DNA of 49,474 nucleotides, filler included, from Bipalium vagum (lineage: Eukaryota), in assembly GCA_037834085.1 (NCBI GenBank). It is 2 parts of 2 records of this genome, joined end to end, with 100 filler letters (N's around TTAATTAATTAA, not from the genome) between each part and the next. Parts side by side here need not be neighbours in the genome. Positions count along the whole stretch, not along the records: positions 1 to 28,189 come from JBBMKC010065432.1; positions 28,290 to 49,474 come from JBBMKC010240854.1. One strand, 5' to 3'. Under the pieces are notes generated by a model. The model saw nothing but the letters and a program-made list of their open reading frames with translations, was not told the origin of the DNA and made no database searches. Positions 22,792 to 34,300 of this stretch are shown piece after piece. Positions within the stretch are counted from its first letter, which is position 1. The number at the start of each line of letters is the position of its first letter. The translations under genes and the position numbers were made by a program.

Positions 22792-25781
22792 TTATCCTTG
22801 CATCTGTTGAACGAAGCCCTCAATGACATTCTTCAGTCCAATTGCAGTGGGTCGGTCGTCTGGGATTGGTTTGAGACACATGGCGATAACATCTCCCACG
22901 ACAGTATGGCACTCACTTGGAAACTCATAATCAATGCACATCTCGTGTCGAAGTATATTTTTAATTCTGGAGGTGCTTTTCCCGTTAAAAGGAGGCTCGC
23001 CTGAAAGGAAAACGAGCAAAATATCATCTACCCAAAGACATGTGAATAGTGACATGAATCGATCAAGAAAACTACCACCGGGAACGTACCTGTGACCATT
23101 TCGATCAAAGTTGCTCCAAAAGACCAAGTATCGGCTTTATTTCCATATTTCTCCTTCCGCAAAACTTCCGGTGCCGCCCAATTGATGCATTCGCTTTTGG
23201 AGCCTTTCTCCCCTACGAGACACTTGTTTTTGTCGTACAAATATTTCGAAAACTCGAAATCGGTCAGCTTGGCATTGTCATTGGCATCTAGTAGAATGTT
23301 GGAACCTGAAAGAGAAGACAGGCGCATGTTGAAACCAAGTAAAAATCTCAAAGTACAAGACACGAGCTTTGTGTACAAAATCAATAGACGACTACTGCGA
23401 CACGGAGCCAACAAAGTAAATGCACGAAATTCCGAAATGCAGTTTGCGTGGTGCACGAACGAATTTAAGATCACTGAAGCAATTTAAACAAGCAATTATT
23501 TGAAATTCGTTTTGAAGGTCATTGAGAAAGATATTTTGCCTCATCGAGTGAGGACCGTGTCTGGACGACAGCTTGAACTCGACAGATGACGTTTTGAAGC
23601 AGTATTTGAATGAAGATGTCAAATCTTTTCCCCTTTACCAGCAATACAACGATGGCAAACCTGCTTGCTTGACTAAGAGAAGCTGGTAGACCATCGATTT
23701 TAAGCAATGAACAGCTTAGTTAATTGATGACAAGGAAGCGCGTGAAAAAATCGGACGAGCCAATCGATTTCTTGGTGGTAAATGTCAGACTTCTAAAGAA
23801 ACCGTGCGTCAAATATTGTGAAAATGTGCAGTAAATCATCACAAAAGAGTTCAAGATTAAAGGGTACAGCGATGAGCAATCGGATTTGATGCCGGAAAAC
23901 TGATGGTGCTTTCGAAGAGATTCCTTACTTCGGAGGTTAAGATTATTTGGGAAGATGGAAAATATTTCACTTTTGCCTGGAGTAATGCTTCATAACATAA
24001 AGTATATCGTGCTGATGACAATGAAAGCGTTCCATTTCTGAAAAGGGGTGTTTCAGTGGTACATACAAGAATAGAGCAGCTTATAATTAGAGACGCCTTA
24101 GGGATTTGAAAAAGATTGTTCCACATTGTCGAAAAGTAAAGAGGCTAAAACTATTTTCCGGGCTGCCTTTACAAGGCACCATGAGTCAAATGAAACATTA
24201 CAAAGAGATGGTTCGACGATATTAACATCCCATTTGTACAAGGAGCAGTGGGTCCCTCAAACATTCCCAAGGCTCATCCATTGGAGACTTTTTACCTCGA
24301 TCGTGTACATATTAAGGGCTGGGAAGCCACAGTCCACAACCACCTCACAACGAAAATTCGAGAAATCGATATGGAGATTGTCAAAACGATGATTCCCGGC
24401 GTGAAAAGAAGATTCGTAAAATCAAAGAAGAAAATAACAATATTATCTTGAGACATGTTAGAATAGGGTCCCTTCGTTTTTGATCATTCACTTCATTGGC
24501 AAACCCTAAACGGTTTCTGATAATCAATATTTCACAATGATAAATAATTAAAAATATTGGATCAATAACAAAAATTCTGGCTCGATTTAAAAAATAAAAC
24601 AACTTTATTCATTGGTCACATGATGATCATTCCTCTCTACAAGTGGTTTCCAACTTTCTACAAGCGGTTCGAACCCATATTGATAGAAATCTCCTGATTT
24701 TCCTGGGAAGAAGACCATAAAATAGACCATTCGACAGCTTCACCAGAATGGAACGTCTTACAACTCGAAACACAGTGCAGAGACAGGAAAAACGAATATC
24801 ACAGGTCAATTGTTCTTTTCACATTATCGTTCCAGTCTCAAAGTCCTCCTCACTGACGTATTTTCATATGGCAGAAAATTCGGCCGATGGATATTTGAAG
24901 AAAGACAAGAAAGTTTGTGTGGCGATGTTTCTGGAGATTCACGAAAGTCCTGTATGACCAGACCTGGTTCAATGGTAATTCTGGTGGGTTTTCCTGTCCT
25001 GTGGAAACAGAAAACAGATCCTGTTCACAAACGTATGGGTAAATGCTAATGATGACTTGTCCATTGATGGTGTTGTATGTCGTTCAGCTTTCCATTTCTG
25101 TCGACCCATTGACACAAACTTTGTGAGGTCGGACATTCTATCATTAAACCTCTCTCTCTCTCTCTTTTCAACTGTCAACATTCTGCACTACAGATTGTTT
25201 TTATAGAGAAAGGGGGGGGGGGGAGCGGGCGTTAACAAAAAATTAAAAACGTAGCAAAGAGATAAAAAACGAAGTCGTACACTTCATGTTGCGGAAAATT
25301 ATTTTCAGCTCGTGTAAATAGTCCAGCGCCTCCAAAATTGGAATGGAATAGCCGAAGATCTTGTCGACGTTTCTCACTGGGAGATGACTGCTTAGAGAGC
25401 CCTGAAAAATAGAGAAAGAGATGATCGGAAAATGAGAGATAAAATAAAAAAAGAAAGCAATAGGTTCCAGGACGGACAAAACTCCGACCTGTCCCCACAA
25501 CCGCTGCGTCACTCACCCTTTCCATGTATTGGAGGCCGATGTAGAAATAGGTATTCATAAACATTGCATTGTAATGTACGAATTGGGGCTTCTTCTCCGA
25601 ATGGATTTTGAAGAGCGTGACGATGTCGTACTTCAGAAATTTTAAATCGGTCTTATCGTTGTCCAAAATGTACTCCTTGAGGACGATATCTTCAATCTCT
25701 GTACCTTTGCGAAGAGTTCCCTTTAAAATCTTGGCAAAGCGACCCGCGTGAATCTTTTCACCAATCTGGATGTGATCCGAA
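22792..25781 (-). CDS. STE/MAP3K-like protein kinase-fold protein, predicted pseudokinase (5' start not found)
   Basis: Exons 25781-25517, 25401-25281, 23305-23090, 23000-22792. GT-AG introns of 115, 1975 and 89 nt. Open spliced frame of ~269 aa: IHAGRFAKILKG...IVLKEY...LQYMERGSL...LDYLHELKIIFRNMKCSNILLDANDNAKLTDFEFSK...[37 protein letters not shown]...PDDRPTA. The first exon begins in phase 2, so an upstream exon is required. Confidence 0.85.
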
Positions 25782-26099
25782 CTGGGAAAGCCAAAATAAA
25801 CAATAATGAAATAAAAATAACACGATCGATCAATATGAGGATAAGAACTTGTTTTAGAAAAATAATCGATTTCATCTCGGTGTACCTCACAAAGTTATTT
25901 CACACGTTTGGGCATGTTCGAAATATTAATTTTCGTGGACCGGACCTGATCAATTATTTAATAAATGCTCGTTGGGAGTGAATTACCAGGAAACATACCA
26001 TGTTAGCGACAAACAACGTTCCTTGTTCCTTTGTTTCATATTGTATATTACGCTCTTCAAGGTTATCATAATTCGCTTTGTTTTAATTAATTCGATAAA

Positions 26100-26690
26100 C
26101 ATGGAAAATTTTAAAAATCGATGAGGCTCGTTTGAGACATTGTATGATGTTTTTGTTCCATCAAGGGAAACCCATCGTTCCGGAAGGCCAACTAAGCCGG
26201 AAGTTGACTTACGGATGTCTTTGGTACGGGTGTGACCTCAAACCATATCAAACAAGATTTGTCAGTGAACTTAGAAAATTGGCAGGGTAAATAAGCAGGG
26301 AAAGAGGGTCGGAAAGAGGTTGTGTTCGTTTGGACTACATTTGATCATTTATTATATTTATTGTGATCAATTGGGCCGGTTACATCAAAAATTGATGCTC
26401 AAACGCCCGGCGTTCGTAAATGGAAAGGGGTAATTTACTGCAGGAAAATGCAAGACCTCACTCCACAAGAATGACCCGAGAGAAGATCAGAAAGCTGATA
26501 TGTGATGTTCTATTGCATCCTCCAGATTCACCTGACATGGATCTGTCAAATTATCAACTCTGTTCTCTGGAACAAGGAGAGTTAAGTTTTCAAAAATAGA
26601 ATTCCAAGGAAAGCGATAATTGATGTCAATGGTGGATATATAATTGATTAGCCTACCGTTTGGAACAATAAAATTGATGTTTTAAAGAAT
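26100..26690 (+). mobile_element. Decayed, internally deleted mariner
   Basis: EARLRHCMMFLFHQGK (N-terminus) and QENARPHSTRMTREKIRKLICDVLLHPPDSPDMDLSNYQL (DNARPH / HPPYSPDL motifs). Confidence 0.85.
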
Positions 26691-26739
26691 GTCTTAAATA
26701 ATTGATAAGTTTCCGATCCCCCTGGTGAAATATAAAAGA

Positions 26740-27580
26740 TGTTTTGTACAAAGAGAAAATATTATAAAACATGCTGATCACTTTGCCTAACATTGGTTGC
26801 CATCTACCCGGTAATCCTTATTCTTTCCGCAAAGAAGGTTACTGAAACTCGCTGTACAAGAATCATGTGGCAAACTGTTGATGTAATGCTAGACTGCACT
26901 TTGGGCGCGGTAAATGATCCCACACATTTTTTGACAAATGACCAAAGAGATGTGCCGACGACTTGAAACAGCACCATTATGATTTACTAATTCTGGACGC
27001 TTCTACGGCAAACAATATTTTAATTTCGATTGTGTACACTGGCATAACTTTTTCTGTTAGGTGGTACGAGCTCAAGTAGTTAATGTGCCACCATACGGAG
27101 AGAACAGTCTTTTTTTTACTGCAAATCAGCTTATAATACTGTTTGAGAAATTTCAACGAATCTTAAGTCACGATCGTATGCGTTTGAGGCTTAATTATTG
27201 TCAGCAATAAAATTTTCAATACCGGTTATCAGGTTTTCCAAAAATCGATTGTTTTGATTACATCCACGAACTTCCTATACATTTGGATTTGTCGATCTAA
27301 GCGAATTTCCCTCAGTTCCTTTGAAACGAAAAAGTGAAGATTTCGAATTAGCCAAGACTTTTCAAGAGATCATCATCAGTTGTTCGGAATGATTTCAACC
27401 ACTATCCTCTATGTTACTCTATACTGAAATAAGAAGTGTCCTTTATCGCTTGCTGCAGTTAATTCCATTCAGACCTTCTATAAAACAAAGAAATCTTTCC
27501 TAAAACATTCTGAAATCGGAAGACGTGAAACGTTCGTAAGATGAACACTTTTGGTCATTTTCCATTTTAATTTTGAATTC
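26740..27580 (-). mobile_element. Decayed mariner, convergent with the preceding copy
   Basis: Minus-strand fragments TVLSVWWH, RPELVNHNGAV, WDHLPRP, FFAE and LPGRWQ follow mariner motif order with many frameshifts. Confidence 0.7.
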
Positions 27581-27729
27581 ATATCAGAAATTTTATTAAT
27601 GATTATAACGGTAATCGATATTTCTTCAAATTAATCAAACTGTAATTTATGAATGTGCAGTGATCAATAATGAAATAATGATCACTTTTAATTATATTGG
27701 GTTTTTTATAGTCATATATTAGACTGTAC

Positions 27730-28022
27730 ACCCTACCCTTGCAGAGGTTGGACGAATCGAAACAACTCGACGAATGCATTAACAAAATAATTATTCATTA
27801 TGATTTGTTGAAAGCCGGTGTTAACGTTAACACAATGTTTCACATTACAACCAAGCAGCTGACGTTAGTGAACCAAGGTCATCCTTTGCTTATGGACGGT
27901 AATGCTGGGCTGCATATCTCAAAAATAACGCTCCAAAAATCAGAAAATTTTCCACGAAAACCCCTTCAACAACCAACGAGATGATGTTGTAGATGCAAAT
28001 GGTGATTATTTTGATTAAATAA
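27730..28022 (+). mobile_element. Mariner fragment
   Basis: IIHYDLLKAGVNVNT...LVNQGHPLLMDGNAGLHISKITLQK and terminal DVVDANGDYFD* match mariner motifs. Confidence 0.7.
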
Positions 28023-28116
28023 AAGCTTTGTGACCTTATCGCTTTTGACTGGTGATATAAACAAGCGACATTACCTTTCCGTCAACCAATTATTTATTAA
28101 AATTATGTTCGATTTA

Positions 28117-28118
<2 letters not shown>

Positions 28119-28189
<71 letters not shown>

Positions 28190-28289
28190 NNNNNNNNNNN
28201 NNNNNNNNNNNNNNNNNNNNNNNNNNNNNNNNNTTAATTAATTAANNNNNNNNNNNNNNNNNNNNNNNNNNNNNNNNNNNNNNNNNNNN

Positions 28290-28362
<73 letters not shown>
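28119..28362. repeat. Inverted (TTA)n / (TAA)n microsatellite pair around two 44-N gaps
   Basis: (TTA)n to 28189, N 28190-28233, TTAATTAATTAA 28234-28245, N 28246-28289, (TAA)n 28290-28362. Confidence 0.9.
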
Positions 28363-28365
28363 TAG

Positions 28366-31300
28366 TTATTGAATGTGGCCAGCAAATTTATTGGGATTTT
28401 CAATCTTGTTTTACTTATGTTGCTCCTCGGTCATTGGAATGCTTGCTTGCAGTTCTTGATCCCAATGCTCAGAGACTACCCTTCAGATAGTTGGGTGATC
28501 AAATGTAAATTGAAAGTGAGTTGACCAAGTCCGATTTATTTGGTAAATATTAATTAATGATTTATTCAATAAAATTGTGATTATGTCGATGAAAATCAAT
28601 GGAAACATACCCAGTTTCCTTGAATTATTATCACGTAATTATTCGATAACAGTTTCATGGGCCCAAACCACGGGTTTTCTAGCCAAATAATCATACAGTT
28701 ATAATCAAGAAGTTTGTGGCATTGGGAACATTGTATAAAATTTTGAAGATTATCATTTGAAACCTCTCTCGATCTCATCAAGCAACTTTCTGTGATGTTC
28801 ATTTGGATGGTCTGAGGTTATGTTATTGGAAAGGGTTTCTTGACATTTCATACATTGAGAAAAATCATCTCTCATTGGTGATCACAAATAATATATAAAT
28901 AAAAAGAGACAGTATTCTTCTAATTATTCGAAAGGTAAATTATGGTTACGCTTCGGATAATCGGAAAGACAAGTACAAGATGTACGACCTAAATTCATTT
29001 GAACAAAAAAAAATTATTATAACACGTTCTTCACTCTATCCTACAATACTTTCAATAGTAGTCGTTCTCCGTCATTGAAAACGCCATGTCGATGAACAAA
29101 GCTGCTGAGGTCAGCAATTCATTCATTCGCTGTTGCTGGTGAAATATCTTCTGAATGTTGTGCATGGACAAAATCGAAATTTGCATCTGCATTAGTAACA
29201 TTGTTTGCCTCTAAAGTGATCTGAAATCTCAATGTCATTAAGACTAAATGTTCATCTTTCTCTTCAACATTTCAAAAATCTATTTCCGATGGTTTTATTT
29301 ATTTTTTTAAAATCTAAGCAGAATTTCTAATTGTTACGTCTCTCTTTTAATTAGTTTATTTATTTATTTTTAAGAATTTTATTTATATTATTTTTATTTG
29401 TATTTATTAACAAATTAAAACAAAAAAAACAAACGAAAACAGCAAAAAAATCACAAAAAATTATTTTGTTTTAATGACAAACCACTTTATTGATCTTTTT
29501 AATATTTATTGATTGGGATGATCTGAGTGAAAAAGATTTCGAATTTTTGTTAATATGATCCTGATTTAGACTAAATTTTATCTAGGACGCTTACTGGTTT
29601 GACCAATATACCTGGGCACTGTTCAAAGCCATGTCACATATGTTGAGTATTGGTTATGGTCGCTATCCTCCCACAAGTATTTGCGAGGCTTGGATCACCA
29701 TTGTCAGCATGATGACAGGAGCCACTTGCTACGCTTTGTTTGTCGGTCACGCTGCAGCTCTGATTCAGTCCTTTGATACTTCCAAACGACTCTATAGAGA
29801 AAAGGTTGGTCGGCAATTAGAATTAGTATAAATAAANNNNNNNNNNNNNNNNNNNNNNNNNNNNNNNNNNNNNNNNNNNNNNNNNNNNNNNNNNNNNNNN
29901 NNNNNNNNNNNNNNNNNNNNNNNNNNNNNNNNNNNNNNNNNNNNNNNNNNNNNNNNNNNNNNNNNNNNNNNNNNNNNNNNNNNNNNNNNNNNNNNNNNNN
30001 NNNNNAAAAGAATTATATTAAAAATTATTATTAATTATTAAATATTAGAATTAAAAAATAAAAATATTAATTAAAATTGAATGAAAAACTTTAAATTAAA
30101 TCAATAACAGAACCAAATTATTTATAAAATTAAACGAGTCGTTTCCATAATTAATTAAATTACAAAATTTTTTCAAAAATGTTTGATCAAGGTAGTGCAG
30201 TCCTTTTAAAAAGTCTGTTCACCTCCTTTATCAAGTGTAACTTTTAATGGAAATGAATACAGGTTTTTTTCACTTCAATTTAAACTATTTAATGAATTGT
30301 CTAAAAGAAATCTTGGTGATGCTTGTTACCTTTGGATAACACTAGAATTCACAAAACAGTAAAAGTTCGAGATTTTGTGAAAAATTCAGGGCATAAGTTA
30401 ATTTTTTAACTCCTTCTTCCCCAATGATTGATCCAATTAAAAAGGTATTCTCAAAGGTAAAGTAGACTGCACGACATATTTTAGTCGAACATACAATAAA
30501 GGAGACCTTAAGGGATGTAATAAAAATATCAAGTAAAATAGTAACTGAAATGGATTGTAAAAAATATTACATGAATGTGAACAGAAAATGACCATCAACT
30601 GCTCCGGAAAACCGCCTATAATGTGCACTATGTCTAATGCAGTGTAATGTTTTATTATTATATTATGATAATACTTTTTCTGTTTTTATTTAACAGTTTA
30701 GAAAAAGATTATTTTGAAATGTAAATTAATAGTTTAAATTGAAATGTAAAAAGTTTAAATTAAAGTGAAAAACCAGTAAGTTCAGATCTTAAGCGCTTAA
30801 ACAAGCGGTCGCGTGCATATTTTCATATAAACTTCACAAAGTATCCCGTATTTTTCTTCGGTACTTTTTTCATAATAAAATAATGAATAAAAATCACCCC
30901 CAAACGATCCTTATCTGGGATAAATGTTGACATGTTTAGATCTAAAAAATCTGAATATATTAATATCTAATGAAAATTTACTCTAATAAATAACGATTAT
31001 TATATTAAAATGGATTAAATTTGATTTCAAAATTATATTAAGATTTGTGTCAATGAATCGATTTTTTATAAAATAATAAATATTACTTGTGTATACATAA
31101 TAAAAACTGAAGATTCAACAGTCTTTAAAGGTATATTCGAATTTTTCCATTTTATGGAAAACATTACTTCGTAGGCTGCTGAGAAAGTTTGTGGAATCTA
31201 ATACTTGAAAAAGACAAATTAAGCCAATATATATACTACTGGGGTTATCGATTGAAAAAATGGATTCCAGAAACATTCCCACTTGATAAGAATCTTGAAA

Positions 31301-34300
31301 TTTCAATCCTGTTTTTACTATTATCCTTATTATTATTACTATTACTCTTATTATTTGTTTTATTATTATTATTATTATTTATAATAATTTTTTAATAGTA
31401 ATATTAATTTATTATAATATTATGTTTTATATGTAATATTAAATAAAGTAAAACGAAATGAAAAAATAAATAAAACATTCCCAACGATTTAATTTTCTCT
31501 AAAGTCCAAATTCAATAGATTTAAATTGAAAAATAAGACCAGAAAATAAGGACAAGGGGAGAGACCTTGTTGGGTACGCTGAACGTTATTGTACATTTGA
31601 TTTTAATATAATGTTTTCAAATAATCCTTTTGTCTCACCTTCATTATTTCTTCCTTTTCCTTTAATTATTTATTGGTGAAAATAAAGATAATTACTCCAC
31701 CTCCTTTCGTGACTGAAAACAGAAGTCAGGAGAAATCTGTGAAATGAGTTTGATTTTTTCATATGAAAGAGAATATTTCCACGGAAAAATCTGCCACCAG
31801 ATCCCTCTTTTTGAGATTCAAATTGATAATTCAACTGAACACTTAGCACCCCTGCCCTTCGAGCTTCGCAAAGACATTCGGACAGATCCTTAATTACCCA
31901 CAACCTATTTCCAGCCCAATTTTGCCCCACTTTGCAAAGATAATGGGCATAAAGCCGCATATCGCATTTAATTAATATCAATTATGTTAATTATTTTCAT
32001 TTCATTACGACTCCTTTGGAAAAGAATTCAGATTTCTCAGTCTCCGCAGGAATTGTTTTCGAATAAAAGTAAAAATCGACGAAAATAAAAAAAATTAGTA
32101 AAAATCTTTCGTCACGTAACCTGACACTTTGACGCTAATTGGGAATGGTGGTCTTTTCTTTCTAATTTCTCTTTTAAATTAATTATTATCATTATTATTA
32201 TTTTATTTCTTTATAATAAACACCTCCATTTCATTTTGAATCTGGCAATCGCAGATCTTTACAACAAAATGCTTCTTGGTGTGCTGATGATAAGGAAATA
32301 ATAAAAAATATTATTATTATTATTATTATTATTTATAATTACTATTACTATTATTAATATTGTGCCATGGTGGAGAAATGCATACATAAATATGTTCAGT
32401 TGATTTGAAAATGAAAATCTGTTGGTGCTAGGTCTAATAAGTATGGAACATTATCAAGTGTTTCATACTCAAAGTTATACAAACTGGGAATTAATTCAGG
32501 TTTCTTTCTTCAATAATTTATTGATGTTAAAAATCGGACATTGTATTTGAGATTAAATAATTACATTGGATTATTTAAACAAACAGATTATTGGATTCCG
32601 ATAAAATTTCACAGATGAATTGAGCACGTTTTTAGTAGATTCAGATATAAAATTGTTTAATGTACATCAAAGGTTCTCGAGTAATGTTTGGTATATTTGC
32701 TGAGTGTTTTCATGGAGAAAGATTTCTTTCCGATTGATCAACGCTGATTGTTGATGTTGAAATTTTTTGTGCTTTTCAACTATTTCTCGTAAATACTTCT
32801 AGGCAGAAATGGTCTCAGTAAAATTAAGAAATTTCAGGTCATTGAAATTGGTGGTACCACAAAATATCCATCATAATGTTTTTGTGTGCCACGATAGACT
32901 TATAAATTGTGGAGGTTATTTATCACGCTCCACTTATTGAGTAGGTAATCGTCGGTTATCATTTAATACCCATTTCTCATTTTCGATAATTGTTGTCAAA
33001 TGAAAATCATCAACTTCTGATCTCCTCGACACTTCTCATTTTCGAGTCTGATATTTTTGCCCGAAAGTTTTCAAAACATTTACCTGCTGTACTTTATGAA
33101 GTTGTTGGACCATCGCATATTGCGATTGTGTTTCTTTATTTTTTCAAGGCTTTTCGAAGAGGTTTGAATTCATGTAACAGAATGATCCAAATTTCTGATT
33201 TCGAAAACTTTTAACATTGTTTACAAATAAATTAATGCGTTTAAACAATCATCAATAAGGTTGCTATGGGGAAATTTATATATAGTAACTAATCTGAAAG
33301 GATTTTAACAAAACCAAGATAAACCAAGCAATTTGAAAACGCCTATTAATTTTATATCAACCTGATAATATCCAAACTTCATGAATTTTGATGAAATAAA
33401 TATTATGAATAAAATTTCATGAATAAAATATGTACTTCTATGAGTATGTTTTTCAATATATATCTCAATTGAGATGATTATATCAAACTATCGCATCTCT
33501 TTTGTTCTCAATGTCTCATTCAACTGTAATATTTTCAGTTCAAGCAAGTCGAAGAATATATGGCGTACAGGAAACTTCCTCGGGGTTTGAGACACCGAAT
33601 CGCCAACTACTACGAGCATCGCTACCAGGGGAAAATGTTTAACGAGTTGGACATCCTCAGTGAATTATCAGAATGTCTCAGAGAGGTATTTTTCATGTCA
33701 TTCGATTTCTCAATTTCTTTGAGATAATGGTCTTTTTGACATTTCACCCGTTTCTCATGTCAAAATTAACGAAAATCGTATAAACAATTTCCTAATTCCA
33801 AACTCTTTTTATCAGCAAATCATCAATTACAACTGTCGAGCTCTGGTGGCTGCCGTTCCATTTTTCACATATGCGGACCAAAATTTCGTTTCAGAGGTAG
33901 TTGTCAAACTGCAGTACGAGGTCTTCCAACCCGGAGATCTGATCATTAAAGAAGGCAATTTGGGAACTCGGATGTATTTTATTCAAGAAGGTATTGTAGA
34001 CATCATAACCAAGGAAGGAGAGGTTGCAACAAGTCTTTCAGATGGTTCGTATTTTGGAGGTAAAGGCTTCATTGAAGAACATGTTTTTTTTATTTTTAAA
34101 AAATTATTTTCTATATTTTTTATCAAAGTTTTTTATCTTTTTCATGGTAATAATATTTTTTAATTAATTATGTTTATTTCCTTATTTTATTTTCATTATT
34201 ATTATATTTTTCGAGGTCCAAAACAGTTTTAAATTATTAATAATTTCATTTGAAGAATACTCAAAGTGTGAGAAAGATAAAACTATGATTATTTATTCTA

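Noticed and set aside
23480-25200. Several short ORFs inside the 1975-nt pseudokinase intron (nested gene or Helitron/PIF1-like remnant)
   Set aside because: No convincing motif series or consistent splice model could be built by eye.
28030-28245. Poly-Leu/poly-Ile ORFs (also 12896-13147, 17919-18179 tail, 31189-31395, 44729-45154)
   Set aside because: Artefacts of translating (TTA)n/(ATA)n microsatellites and N-gaps.
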